Source of the DNA: Myxococcota bacterium
Lineage (GTDB): Bacteria; Myxococcota_A; UBA9160; UBA6930
Direction of reading: 5' to 3'
DNA length: 64,000 nt
NCBI GenBank assembly: GCA_965223415.1
Contig: OZ245002.1
Coordinates: 1,408,001-1,472,000, forward strand
In this document: positions 1 to 9,607 of the stretch, one piece after another
Layout of the letters: every line of letters begins with the position of its first letter
How positions within the stretch are numbered: position 1 is the first letter of the stretch
Position numbers and translations under genes: made by a program
Notes under the pieces: generated by a model
What the model saw: only the letters and a program-made list of their open reading frames with translations
The model's database searches: none
What the model was told of the DNA's origin: nothing

Positions 1-1154
1 TCGGAGGCGACGAGATCTCGCGCCGCGGCGGCCAGACGCAGCGCGACGGCCTCGTCGGTGAGCAGCCGCAGGCACGCGTCGGCCAGGGCCCGGGGCGCCG
101 CCTCCGGCACCAGGAGGCCGGTCTCGCCATCCCGGACGACCTCGGGGATGCCGGTCACAGGGGTTGCCACGCACGGCGTGCCCAGCGCCATCGCCTCGAG
201 CAGCACGGTGGGCAACCCCTCGCGATCCCCGTCGGCCGCCACGCGACAGGGCGCGGCGAGCACGGCCGCCCTGGAGAGCGCCTCGAACACCCGGTCCCAG
301 GGCAGGGCGCCGCGGAAGACGACACGCTTCGGTGTCAAACCCAGGGCGCGAGCCCGTGCCTCCAACTGCCCGCGCAGCGGCCCGTCGCCGAGGATCTCGC
401 AGTGGAAGGCGAGCCTGCGATCCGCAAGGATCCGGCAGGCGTCGAGCAGGTCTTCGAAGCCCTTCTTCTCGACCAGCCTTCCCACTGCCACGATGCGCGA
501 GGGACGGACGACCGGCGGTGAGTACGGCAGGCTGGCCAGGTCGAGCCCGTTTCGGATCACCGCGACGCTCTCCGCTGCCGGACCGAATGCCGACCGCAGG
601 TAGCGCGCGTTGAAGTCGCTGACGGTGGCCACGAAGGCCGCATCGGCCAGCCTGCGGGCCAGGGCCTCGCGGTGTACGCCGGCGTGGAAGATGTCCCGGG
701 CGTGGGCCGTGAAGCTGTAGGACGCGCCGGCCCACCGGGCGGCGAGGCGCGCGGTCGCCGTCGCGGACGTGGCGAAGTGGGCGTGCAGGTGATCGAGCCC
801 TGCGGCCTGGGCCAGCTCCGCGATCCGGAGCGCCTGGGCCGCGACTTCCGGCGGCTCGGCCTCCGCCTCGGCCACCTCGGCGTCGGGATCCCTCCCGTGC
901 TTCCGGGCGCGATCGCGCACGGCGGCGCGAAGCGCGCCGGGGGACAGAGCATCCTGCGGCACGGGGCATACCCGCGCCTTCAGCCGCGAGAGGCCCGGGT
1001 GGGTGGGCTCGTCCTTCGGGGGCCGCAACGTGAAGAGCGTCAGGGGAAGCCCGTCCTGCTCATGGGCCAGGACCTCGCCCAGAACGAAGGTCTGGGAGAG
1101 CCGAGGGAACACCTTCAGCACGTAGCCGACCCTGGGACGCCCCCCAGCGGCCAT
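1..1154 (-). CDS. Glycosyltransferase family 4 (WcaL-like), 3' end truncated by window edge
   Basis: Not in the ORF track. Manual translation from ATG 1154: MAAGGRPRVGYVLKVFPRLSQTFVLGEVLAHE...HLHAHFATSAT...GDREGLPTVLLEAMALGTPCVATPVTGIPE. Paralog of 9604..10821. Confidence 0.9.
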   Translation of the reverse strand, partial: MAAGGRPRVGYVLKVFPRLSQTFVLGEVLAHEQDGLPLTLFTLRPPKDEPTHPGLSRLKARVCPVPQDALSPGALRAAVRDRARKHGRDPDAEVAEAEAEPPEVAAQALRIAELAQAAGLDHLHAHFATSATATARLAARWAGASYSFTAHARDIFHAGVHREALARRLADAAFVATVSDFNARYLRSAFGPAAESVAVIRNGLDLASLPYSPPVVRPSRIVAVGRLVEKKGFEDLLDACRILADRRLAFHCEILGDGPLRGQLEARARALGLTPKRVVFRGALPWDRVFEALSRAAVLAAPCRVAADGDREGLPTVLLEAMALGTPCVATPVTGIPEVVRDGETGLLVPEAAPRALADACLRLLTDEAVALRLAAAARDLVAS

Positions 1155-1226
1155 GACTCCCGGGCCCGGCTCCCTCTCGTCGAGGAATCCGGACCCGGGA
1201 GCTTGGAACCCCGCCACGAGGGCCGC

Positions 1227-2738
1227 TCAAGGCAGGGTTACCGTCAGGAACGTCGTGCTGCCCTGCTTCACCTCGATCAAGGCGCCGGTCGGGTCGAAGG
1301 TGAGGGGAAGCTCGTTCGGATCGTCGACCTCGGTGTCGAACTCGAGCTCCGCCTCGAAGAGGGGAGGACCCACGACCAGGTTGCCCCGGGCCACGCCGGC
1401 GACGAAGAGCGTGTAGCTGCCGGCCGGGAGATCCTCGACCTCGACGCGGAAGTCACGCCGGCAGTCGTCTCGGATGCGGCGGCGGGCGTCTCCACTGGCG
1501 AGCGGAGCGGCGCCGGTGTTCTGCAGGTTGCGGCGCACCTCGATCTCCTGGCAGATGCCGGGCCCGCCGCCGCCCGCACCGCCGCCGCCACCTCCCGCGG
1601 CCAGGCTTCCCGAGAACCGCACGATGCCGCCCTGGGCCACCTCGATCGTGGCGTTCCGCGGATCGAAGGTGAGGGGCAGCTCGCCGGGATCGTCGGGATC
1701 CGTGTCGAACTCGATCTCGCCCTCGACCTGGCCCTTGGCCGCGACGAAGGCCGCCGTGATCTGCCCGCGTACCACACCGCCGACGAGCACGTCGTAGGTT
1801 CCCGCCGGAACGTCCTGGATCTCGACCTGGAAATCCTCGTCACAGTCCTTGCGGGTGCGGAAGCGCGCCTTGGCGCTGCCCGTTCCGGAGACGCGCGGCA
1901 GGAAGACGAGGGTTTGACGCTCGGCGCACGGAGTGACGCCCGCCGCCATCGCGACGGCCTGCGTCGTCAGGAACGTCTGGCCGCTGCCGACGACGTCGAC
2001 CTGACTGCCGATCGGAATGACGCCCAGGCTGCCGTCGTCGGTGCGGAGGACGATGGACCCGGCCGTGCGCCGGCGCTTATTCCTCTTCTTCTTCTTGAGC
2101 CGATCGATTCGAAAGCTCCCGGCGACCGAGCCGTCGATCCGCAGGTCGTAGTCGCCCGGCGAGAGCCCGCTGGCCGCCACGGTCAGGCTGCGACTGCCGC
2201 CGGGAGAAACGGTATACGCCATGGCGCCGCCGGCGCGGGCCGGGGCCCCCGGGGCCGCCCCGAGGAACAGTGTCTCGCTGGCCGTCACGCCCTGGCTGCT
2301 GCCCGGAACCGAGGCCTGGAAGACGAGCAGGTCCGCGCCGCCCTGGCGCAGGGCGAGCTGGCTGCTCCGCGGATCGAAGTCCAGCGGCAGGCTCACGCCG
2401 TTCACGAGTGGCGACTCGAAGCGCACGAACGCCTTGCCGAAGGCGTCGCCGCTGACCTGCGTCCGGATGACGCCGTCGACCGCGAGGTCGTAGGTGGTGC
2501 CCGCGGCCAGGTGCTCGAAGCGGACGTCGACGATGGAGCGCGCCGCGTTCATCGCCCAGGCCACCTTCCCTTCCTCTGGCCCGGCGGTGAGCTCGACGAA
2601 GGACGCGCTGAGCGCGGACCCCTCGCGGAAGCGGCGCTTCTTGCGGCGCTTCGCGTCGGCATCGTCGGGAAGAACGAAGCCGGCCAGCAGCAGACAGGCC
2701 AGCAGGAGGCGGAGGCTTCGCGATTGGAACCGGTTCAT
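1227..2738 (-). CDS. Secreted protein with four ~105-115 aa beta-rich repeats
   Basis: Signal peptide MNRFQSRSLRLLLACLLLAGFVLPDDADA; recurring YD/TL.V.G...G and LPL[DT]FDP motifs; Gly linker; GGGGAG RBS. Confidence 0.85.
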   Translation of the reverse strand: MNRFQSRSLRLLLACLLLAGFVLPDDADAKRRKKRRFREGSALSASFVELTAGPEEGKVAWAMNAARSIVDVRFEHLAAGTTYDLAVDGVIRTQVSGDAFGKAFVRFESPLVNGVSLPLDFDPRSSQLALRQGGADLLVFQASVPGSSQGVTASETLFLGAAPGAPARAGGAMAYTVSPGGSRSLTVAASGLSPGDYDLRIDGSVAGSFRIDRLKKKKRNKRRRTAGSIVLRTDDGSLGVIPIGSQVDVVGSGQTFLTTQAVAMAAGVTPCAERQTLVFLPRVSGTGSAKARFRTRKDCDEDFQVEIQDVPAGTYDVLVGGVVRGQITAAFVAAKGQVEGEIEFDTDPDDPGELPLTFDPRNATIEVAQGGIVRFSGSLAAGGGGGGAGGGGPGICQEIEVRRNLQNTGAAPLASGDARRRIRDDCRRDFRVEVEDLPAGSYTLFVAGVARGNLVVGPPLFEAELEFDTEVDDPNELPLTFDPTGALIEVKQGSTTFLTVTLP

Positions 2739-2800
2739 GTCTCACTCCCCATCGGGTACGTCGCCCAGGGTGGGCTGGATTCGTGCACCCACGTTCGGAC

Positions 2801-2816
2801 TGCAAGGTGGATGCCA
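2801..2816 (-). promoter_or_regulatory. sigma54 (-24/-12) promoter
   Basis: Minus strand reads TGGCATCCACCTTGCA (GG-N10-GC), ~60 bp upstream of ATG 2738. Confidence 0.8.
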
Positions 2817-2873
2817 GCGGCTTCGGGGCCGATCGCTCCCGATTCCATGCCGGAGAGGCCGGCACGGGGAGCC

Positions 2874-2911
2874 CCAGGGTGAAAGCGCGCACAGGCGGGG
2901 GATTTCGCGCA
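2874..2911. promoter_or_regulatory. Candidate tandem bEBP upstream activating sites
   Basis: CCAGGGTGAAAGCGCGCA (2874-2891) and GGCGGGGGATTTCGCGCA (2894-2911), 20-bp period; the second shares 13 identical bp with 12308-12320. Confidence 0.55.
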
Positions 2912-2924
2912 GCCCAAGCCGGGG

Positions 2925-4388
2925 CTAGAAGTTGTAGTCGACCTTGATCGCACCGAAGTGGGCCCAACGGCCGTCGTCCGGTCCAAAGGCCGAGCCGGCA
3001 CGGAAGGCAGAGGCGACGAACTCGAACTCCCAGTGCTCGCTCTCCTCGATACCGACGACGAGGTCGAGCTCCTGGCCGAGGCTGCGCGATCGCCCCCGGG
3101 GCCTCGCGTCGAGAGCCGAGTCCCGGAGGAACGGCGCCGCATCGTCCTGCCGGTAGTGGTGGTACAGGAGCTCCAGCGAGCTCTGGGTCCAGAACGGAAC
3201 GCCGACCGACAGGGTCGCGACGTGCAGGTTCGAGAGCTCGGGCCGGAACAGCTCGCCGTAGAATCGGAAGCGGTCCACGCCGCGGAAACGGGCGTTGTTG
3301 TCCTGAAGTCCGGTCTGCCGGAAAGCGCCGTCCAGGCCTCCGCCGTCGTCGCCGCTTCCCCAGGCGTAGCCGAGGGTGAGTGTCGGTCCGCCGCGCGAGC
3401 CCGGGTCCCAGGTGACGCCTCCGTCGAGGGCATAGCCCCGGACGCTCCGGGTAACGCGCTCGTCGACGATGCGCAGATCGCCCGGCCCGGCCACGGAATC
3501 GAAGTCGAGCTCGGTCTCCCTTCCGAAGACCGTCGCCGCGTCGGCCCAATAGTAGAATCGGCCGACGTCGTCGATCTTGGTGCGGCCGCGCCCGCGCACA
3601 CCCAGCCAGCTGAGTCGGGCGTCGCGCTCGTCCTCTCGCTCGGCCCGCACGAGCTCGCCGACGCTCTCGGTCCGGGAGTGGTCGCTCCGGTGTGCGGCGA
3701 AGAGCTCGAGCTTCTGTCGCTCTCGCCACTGCCAGCTCGCCTCGCCGAGCACGAACAGCACGTCGTCGCGCCCGGGGTCGATGCGATCGTCGTCGCTCCG
3801 CCGGCGCGAGAGATCCTGGGCCACCGAGAGCCGCGCCTCGAAGGGCGCCTGCTCGAACCACAGACTCACGGCGTCGAGGTCCTCGTCCCACCACCACTCG
3901 CGCTTGTCCTTGAAGTTCTGACGCCCGACCTGCAGGGCGAAGGGGCTACCGCCGATGCGGTCCCAGTGGAGCCAGGTCTCGCCTCGCTCGAGGGCGACCT
4001 GGGAGGAGCGATCCCCGTCCTCGGCCGCGACCCTCCAGTCGAAGAGGAGCTTGCCTTCGGCGAAGAGCGATACGTCCCGGGAGACCGGGTAGAAGAGCTC
4101 GACCTCCAGCTTCGGCTCGAAGGTCAGGACGTCGTCGTCCTCCTCCGGATCCAGGGCGAAGTCGCTCTCGAGCTCGGCCTTCCATTCGAGCTCGCCGCCG
4201 ATCACGAGCGGCCGTCCGAGGATCGGCACGGTGAGCTGCTCCTCGGGCCGGCTCTCGTCGTCGCGGACCACGAGGTTGCGGTCGTCGCGCTCGGGCTGCG
4301 CGCCGACCGCGACGGCCAGGCCCAGGATCGCGAGCAGGAGGAACGCCCGGCTCCCCATGCACTTCGCTGTCGTCGTCCACGTCGTCAT
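2925..4388 (-). CDS. Alginate export (AlgE-like) family outer-membrane beta-barrel
   Basis: Signal peptide; GRQNFKDKREWWWDEDLD, AFRQTGLQDNNARFRGVDRFRFYGELFRPELSNL; C-terminal aromatic (VDYNF); ATGA overlap with upstream gene. Confidence 0.85.
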   Translation of the reverse strand: MTTWTTTAKCMGSRAFLLLAILGLAVAVGAQPERDDRNLVVRDDESRPEEQLTVPILGRPLVIGGELEWKAELESDFALDPEEDDDVLTFEPKLEVELFYPVSRDVSLFAEGKLLFDWRVAAEDGDRSSQVALERGETWLHWDRIGGSPFALQVGRQNFKDKREWWWDEDLDAVSLWFEQAPFEARLSVAQDLSRRRSDDDRIDPGRDDVLFVLGEASWQWRERQKLELFAAHRSDHSRTESVGELVRAEREDERDARLSWLGVRGRGRTKIDDVGRFYYWADAATVFGRETELDFDSVAGPGDLRIVDERVTRSVRGYALDGGVTWDPGSRGGPTLTLGYAWGSGDDGGGLDGAFRQTGLQDNNARFRGVDRFRFYGELFRPELSNLHVATLSVGVPFWTQSSLELLYHHYRQDDAAPFLRDSALDARPRGRSRSLGQELDLVVGIEESEHWEFEFVASAFRAGSAFGPDDGRWAHFGAIKVDYNF

Positions 4389-6670
4389 GAGAGCCTCCGT
4401 TCCGCTTCGTCGATCAGGCGCCCGGTGGCGTGGCGTCGCTCCGGCATCCGGATGCTGATCGCCGCGAGTCGTGCGAGGGCCCAGGCCGCCCAGATCCGGA
4501 CGTCCCCGGGGCGCTCGTTGCCGCGTGCCAGCGCCTCCTCGAAGGGCGCCAGGGCATCGGCCGGCTGTCCGCAGCGCAGCGCCAGCTCGGTGGCGTGAGC
4601 GGCCAGGTTTGCCGGATCGAGCGCCGGGTCCGCGCGGGCGACGAGGTCCAGATCGACGAAGGTGAGTCGCTCTCCGCCGTCGAGGATCTGGTCCGGGTGC
4701 AGATCGCGATGGGCCGTGACCAGGGGCGCGCCCTCGAGCCGTGCGGCGGCGCGACGGGCGCCCTCGAGGACCCGCCGGGCGGGCGCGGCCCACTTGCCTG
4801 CCGCGCTCCCGAGCTCGGCCAGCTGTCGTTCGAGGATGCCCAGCTCGTCGGCGACGGTGTGCTCCCGGAGATCGGGGCACTCGAGGGATTGGAGCTCGCG
4901 AATCGCCCGGGCGACCCGCTCTCCGAGCAGACGCTGGCCCGTGGCCGTGCCGAGCCGGAGCGATCGTCCCAGCTCCCGGGTGACGGGGCGCCCGGGTTCG
5001 ACGCGTTGGAAGGTGGCCCGGAGGTCGGCCGCGATGCCCACGGGTTGCGGAAGCCGAAGGTGGGAGGACTCCAGCCGGGAGAGCGCGCCGGCGAGCCGCT
5101 CGGCGCGGCGATGGCCCTTGTGGTCGACCCCCTTGGCGCGAACCTTGGCGAGCACCGCGAGCCGCAGCCCGGCCACCATGCGCAGGCCGTACTCGATCAC
5201 CACCCGCCGGCCCCGCTTGTGCCGGCGAACGCGGATCGAGTCGACGCGCTCGAAGCCCGAGGCCGGGAACATCGCGCGGAACCGCTTTGCCATCGCGTCC
5301 GGGTCCAGCAGTCGATCGACGCCGACGAACGCGGTGTCCCCGGCGAGGCCCCAGGGGTCCACCAGGGCGACCGGAGCGCGACGCGGCGCGTCCGGCGAAA
5401 GAGCTCCGGTGGCCGCGGCAACGACCGCCTCGACCTCGTCCCACCAGGTCGCCCGGCGCGCCCGGAACGGATGCGGGGCCAGGCAGAGCAGCCCTGCGGC
5501 GCGCTGCAGCCGGAGGCGCGCCGCGGACGGGGGCTCGCGGTGCTGCGCATAGCCTTCGACGAGGGCGCGTTCGGCGGAGGCGGCATCCGGCGTGACCCGC
5601 TCGCCGGCCAGTCGGGCCACCTCGAGGTGGGCGAGGAGCAGGCCGAGATCCTCGGCGGCGTCCCCGCGGTGACTGGCGTCGAAATCCAGGACGCCCACCC
5701 GCTCGTCCTGGAGGAGCACCTGCTTGTCGTAGAAGTCGCCATGGACGAAGGCGTCGCAGGCCGCGCCGTCGAGATCCGCCGCCACTCGCTCCGCGAGGCG
5801 TCGCACGCGGCGCCCCGCCGAGGGAAGCAGCCAGCCTACATGCTCCGCGGCGGCGAACACGGCGCGCGCACCGGCGCGCGGCCCGGGCGCCGGCAGGCCC
5901 GCAGTCGGGCGGCCGTGGAGCTCGGCCAGGGCGGCTCCGACGCGCTCGAGCGCGGGGAGCGCAGCCGCGGACGAGAGGGCCTCCCGCAGCGGGAGCCCGT
6001 CCAGCCAGGCGAGGACGAGCAGCCGCCATCGCGGGAGGTGGGCCAGCAGTCGCGGGACGTTCAGCCGCTCGCCGTCGCGGGCCGTCTCGCCAGCGATGCG
6101 GATGCGGGCCGCGGCGGCCATGTCGTCACCCCGGGCAAAGAGCTTCAGCGCGGCAACGGGCTTTCCGTGGGCCCGCGCGGCCGCCACGTAGCGACGTTCC
6201 GGCTTGTAGGCGAGCGCTTCGAGGGACGAGGGCCGGTGGGCCTCCCCGAGGACGGGCGCCAGGCGTTCCGCCGCCGCTTCGGGGTCCATCAGCCGCCTCA
6301 GGACGCGAAGCTTGCGGTCGAAGGGGAACAAGCTGAGCGAGAGCCCGAGCTCGGGCAGCAAGGCCAACGAGGCCGTGGCCCCGGTCCGGCGCGCCGCCTC
6401 TTCGGTCTTGCGGAGCTTCACCTCGGCGTCTCGACCGTGAACGACCGCGTGGCCGCGCACCGACCCGAGGGCGTCGGTCTCGAGCACGAGGCCCGCCAGA
6501 CAGCGCGTGCCCGGCTTGTAGCGGAGGTAGTCGGCCCGCACGGCTCGCAGGCCCAGGTCCGTCCGGGCGGCCGCCAGCTGCGCGGCCAGGGCTTCGGCGT
6601 CGAGCAGCACGCCGAGCCCCGCCAGCTCGGGATCGCGCCGCACGAGGGCCTCGTCACCCCACGAGAGCAT
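4385..6670 (-). CDS. Tandem aminoglycoside-phosphotransferase-like kinase (two domains)
   Basis: HGDFYDKQ...LDFD and HRDLHPDQ...VDLD catalytic motifs; YKP.RR N-lobe motifs; GGAGG RBS before ATG 6670. Confidence 0.85.
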   Translation of the reverse strand: MLSWGDEALVRRDPELAGLGVLLDAEALAAQLAAARTDLGLRAVRADYLRYKPGTRCLAGLVLETDALGSVRGHAVVHGRDAEVKLRKTEEAARRTGATASLALLPELGLSLSLFPFDRKLRVLRRLMDPEAAAERLAPVLGEAHRPSSLEALAYKPERRYVAAARAHGKPVAALKLFARGDDMAAAARIRIAGETARDGERLNVPRLLAHLPRWRLLVLAWLDGLPLREALSSAAALPALERVGAALAELHGRPTAGLPAPGPRAGARAVFAAAEHVGWLLPSAGRRVRRLAERVAADLDGAACDAFVHGDFYDKQVLLQDERVGVLDFDASHRGDAAEDLGLLLAHLEVARLAGERVTPDAASAERALVEGYAQHREPPSAARLRLQRAAGLLCLAPHPFRARRATWWDEVEAVVAAATGALSPDAPRRAPVALVDPWGLAGDTAFVGVDRLLDPDAMAKRFRAMFPASGFERVDSIRVRRHKRGRRVVIEYGLRMVAGLRLAVLAKVRAKGVDHKGHRRAERLAGALSRLESSHLRLPQPVGIAADLRATFQRVEPGRPVTRELGRSLRLGTATGQRLLGERVARAIRELQSLECPDLREHTVADELGILERQLAELGSAAGKWAAPARRVLEGARRAAARLEGAPLVTAHRDLHPDQILDGGERLTFVDLDLVARADPALDPANLAAHATELALRCGQPADALAPFEEALARGNERPGDVRIWAAWALARLAAISIRMPERRHATGRLIDEAERRLS

Positions 6671-8435
6671 GAGACCCCTCCGCAGGGAAGGCATGGGACA
6701 GGACCGCCTCGGGCGCACCGTCGGCGGCGATCCGACCGCCCTCCATCACCACGACCCGATCGCAACGCGCCGCGGCCTCGAGATCGTGGGTCACCAGGAA
6801 GGTCGTCCGGCCTTCGGCGAGGCGGGCCAGGGCGTCTCCCACCTCGCGCCGGTTCGTCTCGTCGAGGCCGGTCGTGGGCTCGTCGAGGACGAGGATCGGC
6901 GCCATGCGGACGGCGACCCGGGCGATCGCGATGCGCTGCAGCTCGCCCCGCGAGAGCGTGCCTCCGCGCTCACCGAGCTGTGTGTCGTAGCCGTCCGGCA
7001 GCCTCTCCGTGAAGGCGTGGGCCCGCGCGAGGCGGGCGGCCGCGCGAATCTCCGGCTCCGACGCCTGCTCCGCACCCCAGGCGATGTTGTCACGGACCGT
7101 CGCCGTGAAGAGCAACGGCTCCTGGTGCAGGATGCCGATCTGCTCGCGCAGGGATCCGAGGGTGAACTCGCGCACGTCCGTGCCATCGATTCGCACGACG
7201 CCCTCGTCGGGATCGTGCAGACGGAGCAGCATGCCGAGGAGCGTCGACTTGCCGGCTCCAGACGCACCGACGATCGCGACCGACTGGCCCCGGGGAACGA
7301 CGAGACTCACGTCCGCCAGCCCGTGGGACGCACCGGGGTGGCGAAAGCCCACCCCGCAGAGCTCGACGTCGCCGCGCAGCGCCGGTGCCGGACGGGAGCC
7401 CGGCAGGTCGCGCACCGCCGGCTCGATGGCCAGGATCTCGAGCACGCGTTCGCCGGCGGCGCTCGCCTTGGCGATACGCGCGGTGTACTTGGCGAAGTCG
7501 CGCAGGGGCCGCAGCGCACGGCGCAGGTAGCTCGTGAACACGATCAGGTCGCCGGGCGTGAGATCGCCCCGGAGCGCGCCGCGGCCGCCACAGAGCAGGA
7601 CGGTTGCCGTGCACAGGGCCACGACCACGTCGACGCTCCGCTCGAGGCTGGCCGCGAGCCGCTTCCCTTGGACACCGCTGGCGACGTCCCGGCGGCTGGC
7701 CGCGCCGAAGGCGTCCCCGAAGCGCTCCTGCAGCGACAGGGCCTGAACGATGTGGATCGCGCCCATCGATTCGGCGGCCGTCGCCGCCAGCTGTCCCTCG
7801 CGACGGCGCTGGCGGCGGCCCACCTCGCCGATCGACCGGGCCCGCCGACGCGCGAAGAGGAGGAAGACGGGCACGGGAGCAAAGGCGACGAGGGCGAGAC
7901 CCGGATCCAGCCAGACCATGACCGCGGCCATCGCCACGAGCACCAGCGCGTTCACCGCCAGGGGGAGCAACGCCGTGACCGTGACCTCGCGGAGGATCCC
8001 GCAGTCGCCGATCACGCGGAGCAGGAGGTCGCCGCTCCGGGCCCGTCGGTGGAAGGCGATCGGAAGGCGATGCAAATGGTCGAAGACGCGGGAGCGGAGG
8101 GCGGCGACGGCGGTGTTGCCGACGCGGGCGAAGGCGACGGTGCTGGCGTAGCCGGCCATCGCCCGCATGCCGACGGCGAGGATCAGGGCGCCCGCCGAGA
8201 GCGCGAGCACTTCGGTGCCGGTGAAGGGACGCAGCCAGGGACCGTCCGCACCGGCCAGACGGTCGAGCACCCACTTGAGGGGCCAGGGCTCGAGCAGCCG
8301 GAAGCCCAGCTGCAGGACGAGTGCGATGGAGCCGCCGAGCAGGAGCCGCCCGTGCCGGAGCAGCTCGGGGCGGACTTCCGCCAGCAGGCGCCGCAGCGCG
8401 GGGGCGGCTTCCCGGAACGAACGCGGGCGGCCCAT
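6654..8435 (-). CDS. ABC exporter, fused permease/ATPase (MsbA-like architecture)
   Basis: N-terminal TM domain; Walker A GASGAGKS; signature LSRGE; Walker B ILVLDEPT. Confidence 0.93.
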   Translation of the reverse strand: MGRPRSFREAAPALRRLLAEVRPELLRHGRLLLGGSIALVLQLGFRLLEPWPLKWVLDRLAGADGPWLRPFTGTEVLALSAGALILAVGMRAMAGYASTVAFARVGNTAVAALRSRVFDHLHRLPIAFHRRARSGDLLLRVIGDCGILREVTVTALLPLAVNALVLVAMAAVMVWLDPGLALVAFAPVPVFLLFARRRARSIGEVGRRQRRREGQLAATAAESMGAIHIVQALSLQERFGDAFGAASRRDVASGVQGKRLAASLERSVDVVVALCTATVLLCGGRGALRGDLTPGDLIVFTSYLRRALRPLRDFAKYTARIAKASAAGERVLEILAIEPAVRDLPGSRPAPALRGDVELCGVGFRHPGASHGLADVSLVVPRGQSVAIVGASGAGKSTLLGMLLRLHDPDEGVVRIDGTDVREFTLGSLREQIGILHQEPLLFTATVRDNIAWGAEQASEPEIRAAARLARAHAFTERLPDGYDTQLGERGGTLSRGELQRIAIARVAVRMAPILVLDEPTTGLDETNRREVGDALARLAEGRTTFLVTHDLEAAARCDRVVVMEGGRIAADGAPEAVLSHAFPAEGSHALVG

Positions 8436-9607
8436 CAACCCACGACGACCGCAAGGGGCGGGCGTTGGCCGTCGCGCGCCAGCTCGAGCAGCGCGTCGGC
8501 GACCTGCGCCCAGCTGTGGCGTTCGACCACCCGGCTCCTTCCCGCCCGTCCGATTCGCCGGCGCAGACCCGGCCGGCCGCCCAGCTCGAGGAGCGCCTTC
8601 ACCCACTCGGCCCGCTGCCCGGGCGCGCACAGGAAGCCCGTCCGCCCGTGCTCGACCACCGACGCCAGCTGTCCGGCCCGCGTCGCCACGACCGGCAGAC
8701 CCGCGGCCATGTACTCGAAGACCTTGAGGGGCGAGAAGTAGCAGTCCGCTCCATCGGCATAGGGAGCGACGCCGACGTCCATGCGGCGCAGCACACCGGG
8801 GATCCTCTCGGGCCGGACCGCTCCCAGGAACCGGGTGCGCCGCTCCAGCCCGGCCCGGACGATCGCGTCTTGCAGCGCCTCGCGTCCCGGGCCGTCGCCG
8901 GCGATCAGGAGGCGCAGCCCGGGCAGGCTCGTCGCCACCTCGGCGGCCGCCGCGACGACGATGTCGACGGCGTGCCAGGGCTTGAGGGTCCCCACGAAGC
9001 CGACGGTGCACGTGCCGTCGTCGGCGGGGTGTTCGGCGGGGCGGATCCGGTCGACGTCGGCTCCGTTGGGCACCACGACGATCTTGCCGGTCGCCTCTCG
9101 AAAGCCCTCCAGGTACCCCGCGACGGCGTCCGAGACGGCTACGACGTGACGAGCGGCCGCGAGGGAGCGCTGCATCGCGGTGTGGGCGGAGGGCACGTCC
9201 AGCAGGCGACGGTGACGGATCTGCTCTTCGATGAGCGGCGCGTTCACCTCGAGGATGCCGGGGATGCCGCAGCGCCGTGCGATCTCCATCCCGGCGAAGC
9301 TGAAGAGGGAGAGCCGTTCGTAGACGGCGTCGAAGCGCCCGGCGCGCAGCAGGCGGCGCCCGAGGGCGCCGTTCGCGTCGATGGCCTGCACCTCCCGCTC
9401 GGCGCCGTGGGCCCGCGGGAGGCATTGCGCGTGGACCGCGACGTCGCGCAGCTCGGGCCCCGGATCGCCGCCGAGGGACGTCGCGAACAGATCGACCGCC
9501 ACTCCCTTGGCAGCGAACGCGCGCAGCACCTGCTGGACGTGGACGGAGCAGCCCTTGGCTCCGAACACGGGGACCCCCCGATCCGCACACACGTACGCGA
9601 TCCTCAT
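8435..9607 (-). CDS. Glycosyltransferase family 4
   Basis: MRIAYVCADRGVPVFGAKGCSVH; GFVGTLKPWH; YFSPLKVFEYMAAGLPVV. Confidence 0.92.
   Translation of the reverse strand: MRIAYVCADRGVPVFGAKGCSVHVQQVLRAFAAKGVAVDLFATSLGGDPGPELRDVAVHAQCLPRAHGAEREVQAIDANGALGRRLLRAGRFDAVYERLSLFSFAGMEIARRCGIPGILEVNAPLIEEQIRHRRLLDVPSAHTAMQRSLAAARHVVAVSDAVAGYLEGFREATGKIVVVPNGADVDRIRPAEHPADDGTCTVGFVGTLKPWHAVDIVVAAAAEVATSLPGLRLLIAGDGPGREALQDAIVRAGLERRTRFLGAVRPERIPGVLRRMDVGVAPYADGADCYFSPLKVFEYMAAGLPVVATRAGQLASVVEHGRTGFLCAPGQRAEWVKALLELGGRPGLRRRIGRAGRSRVVERHSWAQVADALLELARDGQRPPLAVVVG

Noticed and set aside
4385..6670. Aminoglycoside resistance gene
   Set aside because: Double domain, altered catalytic loop and biosynthetic operon context argue against it.
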